From IMG/VR virus record IMGVR_UViG_3300025728_000009, positions 27,286-91,285 of that record: a stretch of 64,000 nt of DNA; one strand, 5' to 3'. The stretch comes from a virus. This document shows, in pieces, positions 56,538 through 64,000 of this stretch. Position numbers and translations under genes: made by a program. The notes under the pieces are model-generated. The model had not been told where the DNA came from. It saw only the letters and a program-made list of their open reading frames with translations, and made no database searches. Position 1 is the first letter of the stretch, and the number at the start of each line of letters is the position of its first letter.

Positions 56538-58465
56538 TTAGCGATTAAATGGATTTTTAGTTGAGAGGTCAGCAGTAACTAGACCACCAAGGAAGTTTCC
56601 GATATGTATCTTTTGAGCCAACGTAATGAAAGCATCACTAGTTGCGTCAACTTGCATTATCTTAAATAAGATTCGTTAATTCTTATTCAGCCTCTCGGCT
56701 GCTATACATCGCTGTATAGAGGAGACTATCTCTTCAAACAAAATTGTTTGCCCACTGCTTCGCTTCACTTGAAGCTACTCTACTCACTTCCATCTTACAG
56801 ATGTGTTTTCGATAGTCGTTACACGTTCTCATTTCTGAGCTTCGCTCGGTATTGTCTCAAAGAGAGGTTCACCGAATTCAATGGGTTTATAGACGACCAA
56901 TATTTAAAAAATCGTCTTTAATATTTCGACTTCCGTCAAAGCCTTCCAGTTCAAAAAAGTAAGCTTCGTTCCAAGGGCCTTCAACATAGTCTACAAGTCC
57001 GGCTTCAGCAGCAGATGCAAAAGGCTGGAATCTTGTTACTTTAGATTTATTTGAGGGACGCATTCTGGAAGAGAAGCCTTCCTCAATCAATTCTCTAATC
57101 ATCATTTGACCAGCAGCTTTACCAGCTTGACCGGGCTCTTGAGGCAGAATGATTTGAGTGTTTTCAGGATCATCTTTTGCTGTTTGTATAATCCTCTGCA
57201 TCACCTCACCGAAGCGTGCTCGGAATCTAACAGAGTCACAAACTATGTACCTGCCTTGTTTTGTCTTGCCAATCAGTACACCAGCCGTCCAGTCAGGATT
57301 AGGCAGGCTATCTGATGGCAATGAGCCAGCTATATCCCAAGCCCTGCAATATGAAACAATCTGCTGTTCATGTTCTCTAACTGGCGTCACGAACTCACGT
57401 TTAAAGAAGCCGCTGGAAGATTCTCGCACAAACCAGTTACCTTCCAAGAGCCGCTGACGCTCGACTCCACGAAGTCCTTTCAGCCAACTAACATATTTTG
57501 GGTTAACTTCTTGAACAATTTTGTTATCGTAAACGTTGGCACTAATAAAGGTAAAAGACAGAGCATCTTTTTCTTCAATACCGTACTCTTCCCAAAGCTG
57601 TTGTTTTGTATCTCCCCAAACAAAGTCACCATCCATAAAGGAAAAGTAACGAATAATTCCGTCTTTATCTCTATCTGGTGTTCCGTCTGCTTTCAAATAA
57701 GGCTCAACCCACTTTCGTAGCCCATGATCGGCTGATGGGTTGCATGTGATTTTTAGGTGGGGTTTTACTGAAGGACAAGATGGGTTACGCATACGAGACA
57801 TGATATATTGAATCATGTACATCGTAAATTGAGTTCCCTCATCTATATAGAAAAGATTTGCTTCACTACCTTGCCAGTTTACATCGGCTTGGTCGTTCTC
57901 AAAGTGCTTAAGATAAATCTCAGCGCCTGATTTATGAAAAACAAACTTACCATCTTTAGCTCGCCAAGTATATTCATCTGAATTATAAGCTTGGTTAAAA
58001 ATCCTTCGACACTTCGTCAACAACCCACCGGGACCATTTAGTTGGGGAGTTGTTCGACGAGTCATTACGCCAATAAAATTTGGAATGTCTGTATACTTCA
58101 GAAAATCAATTACTCCGATTTCTGACTTACCAGAACCTGCTGCCATTAAGTTATAGAGTTCGTTACACTCTCTTCGCTCTCGCAAAGGATCGGACTATAT
58201 CTTCTACTTTCGTAGCCCCCCGTTTCGATTGCACTTGCAACCTACTCGCCTACATTCATCAGCGTTAGTCTCTACACGTTACTTATAAATAAGTCTTCGC
58301 TCGGTATTGCCCACGTCTTTACGTTTGGGTTTCACCGAATTAGAGGGGTTTTAATTGGAGGCGCTAAAGTTCACCACCAAACAGCGTCACGTCAGCTTCT
58401 GACACACAGTACATATGCTGACGTTTTCCGCAGGGTCCGGGTAGCACCTTTTCAGGTTCACTCAT
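56538..58465 (-). CDS. terL: terminase large subunit, 3 exons: 58465-58373, 58143-56911, 56654-56538 (480 aa spliced)
   Basis: splicing restores Walker A FGG|AAGSGKS and nuclease KDD|QVDATSDAF; Walker B FYIDEG; TCNP; RAWD.A. Confidence 0.93.
56655..56910 (-). mobile_element. group I intron 2 in terL (256 nt, no ORF)
   Basis: exon ends U, intron ends G; P1 AGACGAU/GUCGUCU with U-G; P10 UUG/CAA; P7 GACUA/UAGUC in AAGAGAUAGUC. Confidence 0.92.
58144..58372 (-). mobile_element. group I intron 1 in terL (229 nt, no ORF)
   Basis: exon ends U, intron ends G; P1 UUGGUGGU/GCCUCCAA with U-G; P7 GACUA and AAGAUAUAGUCC. Confidence 0.92.
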
Positions 58466-59160
58466 TCTTTATTCCGTCCGAAATATTTAATCTCAGCGGC
58501 TTCACGAGCTTTAACTGCTTCTTCAAAAGTATCAAACCTTCCAAGACCAATTACTTCGCCCATGTATCCGATTTGAGAAGTCCATTTACCACGTTCTTCA
58601 CTCCAACCAACTCCAGTTCTACCTGATGTATTGTGGGATTTGATTCGTGTGTTATATGACTGGTTACTCTTAGTGTCCCACTTGCAATTCTCTGGAGAAT
58701 AGTCTTCGTTAACTTCAATTCGTTCAAGAGTAAGACCGTTACATGGTCCCATATCTTCGTAGAAGTTAATAAAGCCTTGAGGGGCAGCTTCTAACCAACG
58801 CTCACAAATACCAATTCCTCGACCACCGTAGTAATCAAATCCTGTATCGTTTGGGTTGGTACATCTGTTTAACATTTCTCGGTGTGACCTGTATTCAGGA
58901 CTTTTCACCATCCCATGCTTTGTAATTTTATCTTCAAGGTAGCAACCACAAGATAATGTGTGATTCCTAAGAAGATTACTTTGCTGTACTATAAGAGTAT
59001 TACCGCACTCACAAGCACAGAGCCACAAACCCTTACGTTGGCCAGATGGCTGAACTTTCCAACCATCAAAGTCTAGTACGGTAAGTCTCTCAAACACTTG
59101 ACCAGTCAAATCTTTTCTTGGTCTTTCCAGCAAAGGTCTTACGTTAACTACTTCATTCAT
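58462..59160 (-). CDS. free-standing HNH-family homing endonuclease with AP2-like C-terminus
   Basis: WLCACECG...SCGC; YYGGRGI.IC.RW; TLERI.VN.DYSPENCKW; SGRTGV; stop overlaps terL ATG. Confidence 0.88.
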   Translation of the reverse strand: MNEVVNVRPLLERPRKDLTGQVFERLTVLDFDGWKVQPSGQRKGLWLCACECGNTLIVQQSNLLRNHTLSCGCYLEDKITKHGMVKSPEYRSHREMLNRCTNPNDTGFDYYGGRGIGICERWLEAAPQGFINFYEDMGPCNGLTLERIEVNEDYSPENCKWDTKSNQSYNTRIKSHNTSGRTGVGWSEERGKWTSQIGYMGEVIGLGRFDTFEEAVKAREAAEIKYFGRNKE

Positions 59161-59297
59161 GTTTTAGTCTCTTATTAAACTAAGATAACTGTGTGCCTCA
59201 CGGCAAGACATGAGTATAGGAGCGTTTCACAACGTGTCCTGAATAGGGTGAGGGCGTCATCCCGACGAGCCTCATGTTGCTGCAAGCAGCGAACTCT

Positions 59298-59660
59298 TTA
59301 TTGAGTAACTTTAGAAGCCTCTACAGCTTCAATGTACTCTTTGATCATAAGGCGTTTATCGCGGCCTTTGATGTTACGGCTGGCCAGAATTGGACGGATA
59401 TCCTCGATAGGCATAGCTTCAAGTTGTTCTTTGGTATAAACCTTTTCACTCAAAGCTACCGGGATAGCATTCACACCCGGAGTATTTTCGAGTGTTACAA
59501 TGCCTTCAACTTGAAACACTAGCTCAGCCGCATAAGGCAGTCCCTTCAACCGTGGACATGTACGCTCTTTCAGCGTAGCGCCTTTAGCCCCAAGTTCAAG
59601 TAGTCGCTCTACAAAAGTTACAGGGTTTGTTGCTGTTACATTAATATTTTGAGTTGCCAT
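59298..59660 (-). CDS. hypothetical protein (C-terminal helical, SAP/LEM-like pattern)
   Basis: YTKEQLEAM...IR.I...IKGR.K..MI; GGGAG SD. Confidence 0.75.
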   Translation of the reverse strand: MATQNINVTATNPVTFVERLLELGAKGATLKERTCPRLKGLPYAAELVFQVEGIVTLENTPGVNAIPVALSEKVYTKEQLEAMPIEDIRPILASRNIKGRDKRLMIKEYIEAVEASKVTQ

Positions 59661-59697
59661 TTAATTTCTCCCATGTGTTTCTTTCTTTGATGGGAGA

Positions 59698-59726
59698 ATT
59701 TTAGCAACTTTTATTCTCAAAGTCAA
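59698..59726 (-). promoter_or_regulatory. sigma70 promoter overlapping an SD-occluding hairpin
   Basis: TTGACT-17nt-TAAAAT with TG extension. Confidence 0.75.
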
Positions 59727-59814
59727 GCTTTTACAAAATATATTTGATTTATTTTCAAATTGCCTTATTGAAGCTACTTATATTTCAAAGTAGCTTTGTA
59801 AAACAACTTATTAA

Positions 59815-60159
59815 CTACGCTGTAAACGTCTCACCAATCGCTATAACATGAATTACAGTGCCGTCTGGAACTGTCCTCGCTGTGCTTCCAAGCAATGCCA
59901 AGTTAGCCCAACGTGTACCGTAGCCGGAGGCTGATGTTGTGGTTGGTGCTGTACTCAAACTTGCATCAGCTCTATCGTAAACGTTAGCTGAAGATAGTTG
60001 AGCTGTTGCTTGGACTACAGGAGCACTTACAAAACCTGCCTGAGAGTAATCTACTGTCCAAGCTCCACCGTTAGTGGTGGTTGTTCCAACCCAAATTAAA
60101 GGGGAGCGTAATTGAGCATTACCGCTCCACACAAATGCTGCTGGATGTTCACCTGCCAT
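59815..60159 (-). CDS. small beta-rich virion/fibre-associated protein
   Basis: F..APVV.AT...IAIG; follows fibre gene. Confidence 0.65.
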   Translation of the reverse strand: MAGEHPAAFVWSGNAQLRSPLIWVGTTTTNGGAWTVDYSQAGFVSAPVVQATAQLSSANVYDRADASLSTAPTTTSASGYGTRWANLALLGSTARTVPDGTVIHVIAIGETFTA

Positions 60160-60161
60160 AA

Positions 60162-62039
60162 CTACATGACCTCATATTGAAAGATATAGTAAAAGTCATG
60201 TGCAGCAGAAGATCCTGACACAAACCGCAATGATGTCCTATCTGCCGCCACATCTGCAAGTACTGCTGCTGATTGACCGGCTACTTCTGGACAGACCGCT
60301 GTACCTGCTGCATCTTCTAGACTAAGAAAGTTAGAAGCAATTGGAAGTGACATGCCTAGAATAGTATCTTGGTTGTTACTGGTTGGGTCAATCGATACAC
60401 GCCCGGACACCGTAATCATATTACCAACCCTGTTCCATCTTGCGGGAAACGAGGAAGAAGCTGCAATATTAGCTACGTTAAACAATGTTGGTGTATATGT
60501 ACCAGCAGCTAACGTTGGAACCGTCAGAGTAATATCATTGGCGTTTAAAGTAGCACTGATACCCCCTGTTGCAATAATACTCCTAAACTCAAGATTACCA
60601 ATGCTGTTCTGTTTGTAAACAGCACTACCACTGCCGAGAGAGCTAGCAGACTTTACAGTATAACCTGTGGCTGTAAGATAACTTTGTACGCGACCATCAT
60701 TGTAATAAAGGCTGCCACCTTCAGGAATGTTCGTAGTCGTTAGAGATACGTTTCCAGTGAGGAGGTTAACGCTCTGTACTGGCGCAGCAGCACTGGCTTC
60801 AACAGTAGTTGTATACTGAGGATGGGGATCGACAGCAGCATTGTGCTGAGACATCTTCAAATCAATCGAAGCTTGCTGAGCAGTGGATGTTGGTTTGTTT
60901 GCATCCGACGTATTATCTACGTTACCAAGACTAAGAGATGTCTTAGAGACGACCACATCCCCGAAGGCTCCATTGACCGTGTTTACAACGTCTTCAATGG
61001 CACTTTTACCGAGCTTATTTGGACTGCTCAGCGACTCTAGCTTAGTTTTGATATCAGAGGCAGTGTAAGTATTCTCGGTGATTACATCAACAAAAACACC
61101 CTGCTGAATCATAGCTGTAAAATAAGGGATGTTTGAAGCATTGCCCTTTAAAGAAACTGTGTCAGCATAGATTTCAAATTTGATGAGCATCCCGGTTTCA
61201 AGGTTGAGGGGTGTATCACCAAAAGCAACTACGTTGTCTCCAAGTGTCCAGTTAAATCCACCAAAGCCTTCTTCCCACGCCTGACGACTAGGAAAGTATT
61301 TCAACGCTACGCCATTACTAATAAGGCTGATCTTAGCCCTTACGTTAGTCATAGGTGCGTAGGTGCGGAACTTCAGGGAGTGGCTACGAGCGGTATTTTG
61401 TACTGTGTAGTTAAAGATAAGTGGATTATCTGGGATGTTGGTAGTATCTACACCCTGAGCTGCAAACTCAGCGGCGGCAGTTGTCAAGTAGAAAATATGT
61501 GGTTCTGAAGATGCGGCTGTAGGTGGTGTGTAGAAGTCAACTACGGTGTAAAGATTACCGTTGATATGGTTACTAAGACCAAGGAAACCACTTACTTCGG
61601 AAAGCGTAAGTGCCTCACCAAACGTAATAGAGCCAGATTCTACTGTGAAGCCGGGAGGTGCTAGGATAGCTCCACTCTCAAGCACTCGCATATTAGAACC
61701 AGCGAAGGAACCAGAGATTGTCTTGTAGGGAATTTCACCTACAGGGACATCTATCAACGAGGCAACTTCACCCGGAAGACCTTGAAGAAAAGGAGTGTAG
61801 TCAAACCAAGCACCAGAAAGCCTACCTTGTGCTCTAGTGGTGCTGCCCTCAACTGTCGTATAAGTCAGACGAATGAGATAAAAGCTATTACTATCGTAGA
61901 TAACTAACTTAGATGGATTAGCTGAAAAATAAGTATCTCGTGCAAGTTCTGCTGCTGCTTGGTCAACACCATCAAATGTGTTTTCTGTAGGACCAAGTCT
62001 GTAGCCACCTCGTGTACTAGGAAATTCACTGATAGCCAT
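60162..62039 (-). CDS. fibre-like virion protein
   Basis: LGNVDNTSDANKP.STAQQ, H....DPHPQY, VQSVN..TG.V.L fibre motifs; start MAISEF. Confidence 0.75.
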   Translation of the reverse strand: MAISEFPSTRGGYRLGPTENTFDGVDQAAAELARDTYFSANPSKLVIYDSNSFYLIRLTYTTVEGSTTRAQGRLSGAWFDYTPFLQGLPGEVASLIDVPVGEIPYKTISGSFAGSNMRVLESGAILAPPGFTVESGSITFGEALTLSEVSGFLGLSNHINGNLYTVVDFYTPPTAASSEPHIFYLTTAAAEFAAQGVDTTNIPDNPLIFNYTVQNTARSHSLKFRTYAPMTNVRAKISLISNGVALKYFPSRQAWEEGFGGFNWTLGDNVVAFGDTPLNLETGMLIKFEIYADTVSLKGNASNIPYFTAMIQQGVFVDVITENTYTASDIKTKLESLSSPNKLGKSAIEDVVNTVNGAFGDVVVSKTSLSLGNVDNTSDANKPTSTAQQASIDLKMSQHNAAVDPHPQYTTTVEASAAAPVQSVNLLTGNVSLTTTNIPEGGSLYYNDGRVQSYLTATGYTVKSASSLGSGSAVYKQNSIGNLEFRSIIATGGISATLNANDITLTVPTLAAGTYTPTLFNVANIAASSSFPARWNRVGNMITVSGRVSIDPTSNNQDTILGMSLPIASNFLSLEDAAGTAVCPEVAGQSAAVLADVAADRTSLRFVSGSSAAHDFYYIFQYEVM

Positions 62040-62041
62040 AA

Positions 62042-62311
62042 TTACACGGTATCCTGTGATACGTGGAGACGACCTGTGCCGAAAGCCCAAAGACCTTCAG
62101 AAGCATTCTGGACACTAACAGATTTACCGGGATAAATGAGGAAACCATCACGATCTGATGCCGGAGGAGCTACAGTGGCGATCTGTGCATAAACAGGCGT
62201 AGAGGACTTGTTCTGTAGAATTAGTGGTGTACCAAGGATGATACTGGTAGCTGTATAGATATCTTGATAGACAACACCAAGAAGGTGTACGTCATTTATA
62301 GTTGCCGTCAT
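62042..62311 (-). CDS. hypothetical virion protein
   Basis: GGGGAG SD; G..L.LQNKS. Confidence 0.7.
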   Translation of the reverse strand: MTATINDVHLLGVVYQDIYTATSIILGTPLILQNKSSTPVYAQIATVAPPASDRDGFLIYPGKSVSVQNASEGLWAFGTGRLHVSQDTV

Positions 62312-62597
62312 TGCTTATCTCCCCTAAAGAGATGACCCTTATGGATCTTATTGTTATTGTTACAAAGGGGAATATACACTTCAACTGTGCAAACAGTTGT
62401 ATATTGAATAGTTGACTGATGCCACGCTTGCCTGCATTCAGCCGTGAAGTCCAGAGTGACTTCCTCTCCACAACGAAACATCTAAGATGCTCGTAAATTG
62501 ATGCTTAAGTAGCGATCACACTTTACAACAGGCATCCGCCAGAATGCCGGGGGTGTGGGAACTAGGATTCCCGATACCAGACCGAAGCCTGATTCTT
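62312..62597 (-). ncRNA. structured intergenic RNA or leader
   Basis: about 10 consecutive hairpins incl. a UUCG tetraloop; G-U pairs on minus. Confidence 0.45.
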
Positions 62598-62993
62598 TTA
62601 CTCATCGTCCTCATCTGGTGCTTCATACACCAAGGACAAACGAGGTTTTAATTGAGCTTCAATTTCTTTTGGGGTTTCTTCACCAGCTTCCAAAGAATCC
62701 TTAACCTCAAACTTGAGTTTGTTATAAGAGATTTCTTCAGCGTTAGCTGATTTGGATACTGTCACAATGCTGTTGACCAACCACTTACTAGAACCAAGCT
62801 GCTCTGTATCAATAGATTCACCATTAATACTTTTCTTGATATTCTCAAGAGCTTTATCTTTCATTTCCAGAAGTTGTTCTTCTAGAATGCGAAGTTTGCT
62901 CTTAGTGATACGCTTACTATTTCCACCAGTCGTCTTACGGTTAGATTTACTACCGTTGAAACGTGTTTCTGGACTTGGGTTCTTTCCAGCCAT
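62598..62993 (-). CDS. putative terminase small subunit
   Basis: 131 aa; basic N-terminus, helical core, PRLSL.. acidic tail; head of packaging/structural arm. Confidence 0.5.
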   Translation of the reverse strand: MAGKNPSPETRFNGSKSNRKTTGGNSKRITKSKLRILEEQLLEMKDKALENIKKSINGESIDTEQLGSSKWLVNSIVTVSKSANAEEISYNKLKFEVKDSLEAGEETPKEIEAQLKPRLSLVYEAPDEDDE

Positions 62994-63014
62994 CTGTATT
63001 TACCTATAATTTGT

Positions 63015-63700
63015 GATTTTCTAAAACTAACTCGGCAGGACATAACCTGCAATATTGCTGAGCAAAGAATTAGTTTTAGAAAATCCTCTTGAAACCGATA
63101 GGAGAGGATCGGTCAAAAGGATGAAAGACTTTAGGGAGGAGAGGGAACCTAAGTCTTTAAGATGCTGAAGGAAGAGGAGAGAAAAACTTCAGCGTTTGAA
63201 GACATCAATCTTAAAGGAATTTAGACTTGTATGATGTCGGGTGAAGTAGTTCTGGTATTATGTACCGCCAGAACGGTAACATCATTGTACACACTGGTAC
63301 ACGATATGGTGCCGCATGTGCGGGCTACGGCAGAATTGATAGAATACTCTATTATTTTATGCCCTGTCTTTGCTCCGTGTTCAGCTCCATGCTGACTCTG
63401 CACCGAAGACTCTATGTTCACGTTCAACACTACAAGTCCTTAAAGGAGATTTAACAAATGTCGTCACACTTGAGAGATGGTCTACCATCGTTTTACAACA
63501 AGTGGCTCAGAGGCCGATACAACACAAAGATATGGTTTGTATTTATCAAACAATCTCGTGGAAATGATGCATAAGTTGCAATCACACTTTGTAGATGCTG
63601 CTAGACTTGTATGGCTCTCGTAGTCCACCCTTGTTACTCTAGCATCCCAGTTGAATGGACTGAGCCTACTCGTCAACGTACTACGCCGCGTATGAACGTA
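63015..63700. ncRNA. hairpin-dense non-coding region with repeated CUCUCCU/AGGAGAG loops
   Basis: 16-bp perfect inverted repeat plus many stems; no convincing long ORF. Confidence 0.5.
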
Positions 63701-63709
63701 GTATCCGTA

Positions 63710-63822
63710 TCTGATGTTTAGGAATTGCACCTAACTAGCTAAGCAATACCCTTGGAACATCCACTTTCTACATCCGAGTTGAACGGATCAAGGACAGCCG
63801 CATTCACAACTAAGCACATCAA
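63710..63822 (-). ncRNA. tRNA-like RNA (acceptor stem + T arm, non-canonical body)
   Basis: UUGAUGU/ACAUCAG stem stacked on UUAGG-UGCAAUU-CCUAA; second T-loop hairpin inside. Confidence 0.5.
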
Positions 63823-63873
63823 ATTCTTTTAACAAGTAATCTGAACTGGATTAAACTTCCAATAATTCTCATC

Positions 63874-63926
63874 CCACTGCTTACCACTGCTTACCACTGC
63901 TTACCACTGCTTACCACTGCTTACCA
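63874..63926. repeat. 10-bp tandem repeat (CCACTGCTTA) x5.3
   Basis: perfect direct copies. Confidence 0.97.
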
Positions 63927-64000
63927 ATTAGATCAACTGGCTTAGGACGCAGAGCTTTAAGAATTTCATCGTAACTAGGATTCTTGTATTCCGCCCTATC
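63911..64000 (-). CDS. 3' end of a hypothetical protein entering from the window edge
   Basis: open frame ...DRAEYKNPSYDEILKALRPKPVDLIGKQW stop. Confidence 0.55.
   Translation of the reverse strand, partial: DRAEYKNPSYDEILKALRPKPVDLIGKQW

Noticed and set aside
56887-58185. 432-aa ORF as the complete terminase
   Set aside because: Both ends are intron sequence; it lacks the first half of Walker A and the QVD motif
63221-63730. Four short track ORFs (63221, 63260, 63370, 63482)
   Set aside because: No convincing SD, mutually overlapping on both strands, and the region is better explained by RNA structure
63874-63926. Repeat as a CRISPR array
   Set aside because: 10-bp head-to-tail units with no spacers and no cas genes
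62312-64000. Canonical tRNA genes
   Set aside because: No complete cloverleaf with anticodon arm found by eye; only T-arm-like elements

Overview
This is 64 kb of a lytic, contractile-tailed (myovirus) dsDNA phage genome, AT-rich by eye. Gene content and order resemble the ~90-100 kb Pseudomonas myoviruses (Vandenendeviridae/Pakpunavirus/Felix O1-type layout); that placement is inference, no search was run. Layout: (1) 1-8.5 kb, a leftward arm of small early genes with sigma70 promoters; (2) 8.7-30.6 kb, a rightward replication and nucleotide-metabolism arm (T7-like primase-helicase, family A polymerase, SSB, exonucleases, MazG-like, ThyX, NrdAB, Rnl2 RNA ligase); (3) 30.7-63 kb, a leftward late arm (putative terS, fibre, terL, portal, protease, capsid, neck, sheath/tube, tape measure, baseplate, fibres/spikes, lysis). 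Selfish elements are abundant: two ORF-less group I introns split terL at its Walker A and nuclease motifs, a LAGLIDADG intein sits in motif I of the RNA ligase, and there are five free-standing endonuclease genes. The best candidates for new biology are non-coding: a ~400-nt promoter-driven structured RNA directly upstream of a Zn-finger/GIY-YIG-like nuclease gene (7.1-7.5 kb), and an ~800-nt structured region upstream of terS with repeated CUCUCCU (anti-SD; GGAGAG on the other strand) hairpin loops and a tRNA-like element with two T-loops. A -1 frameshift signal in the tail chaperone gene is also clear.
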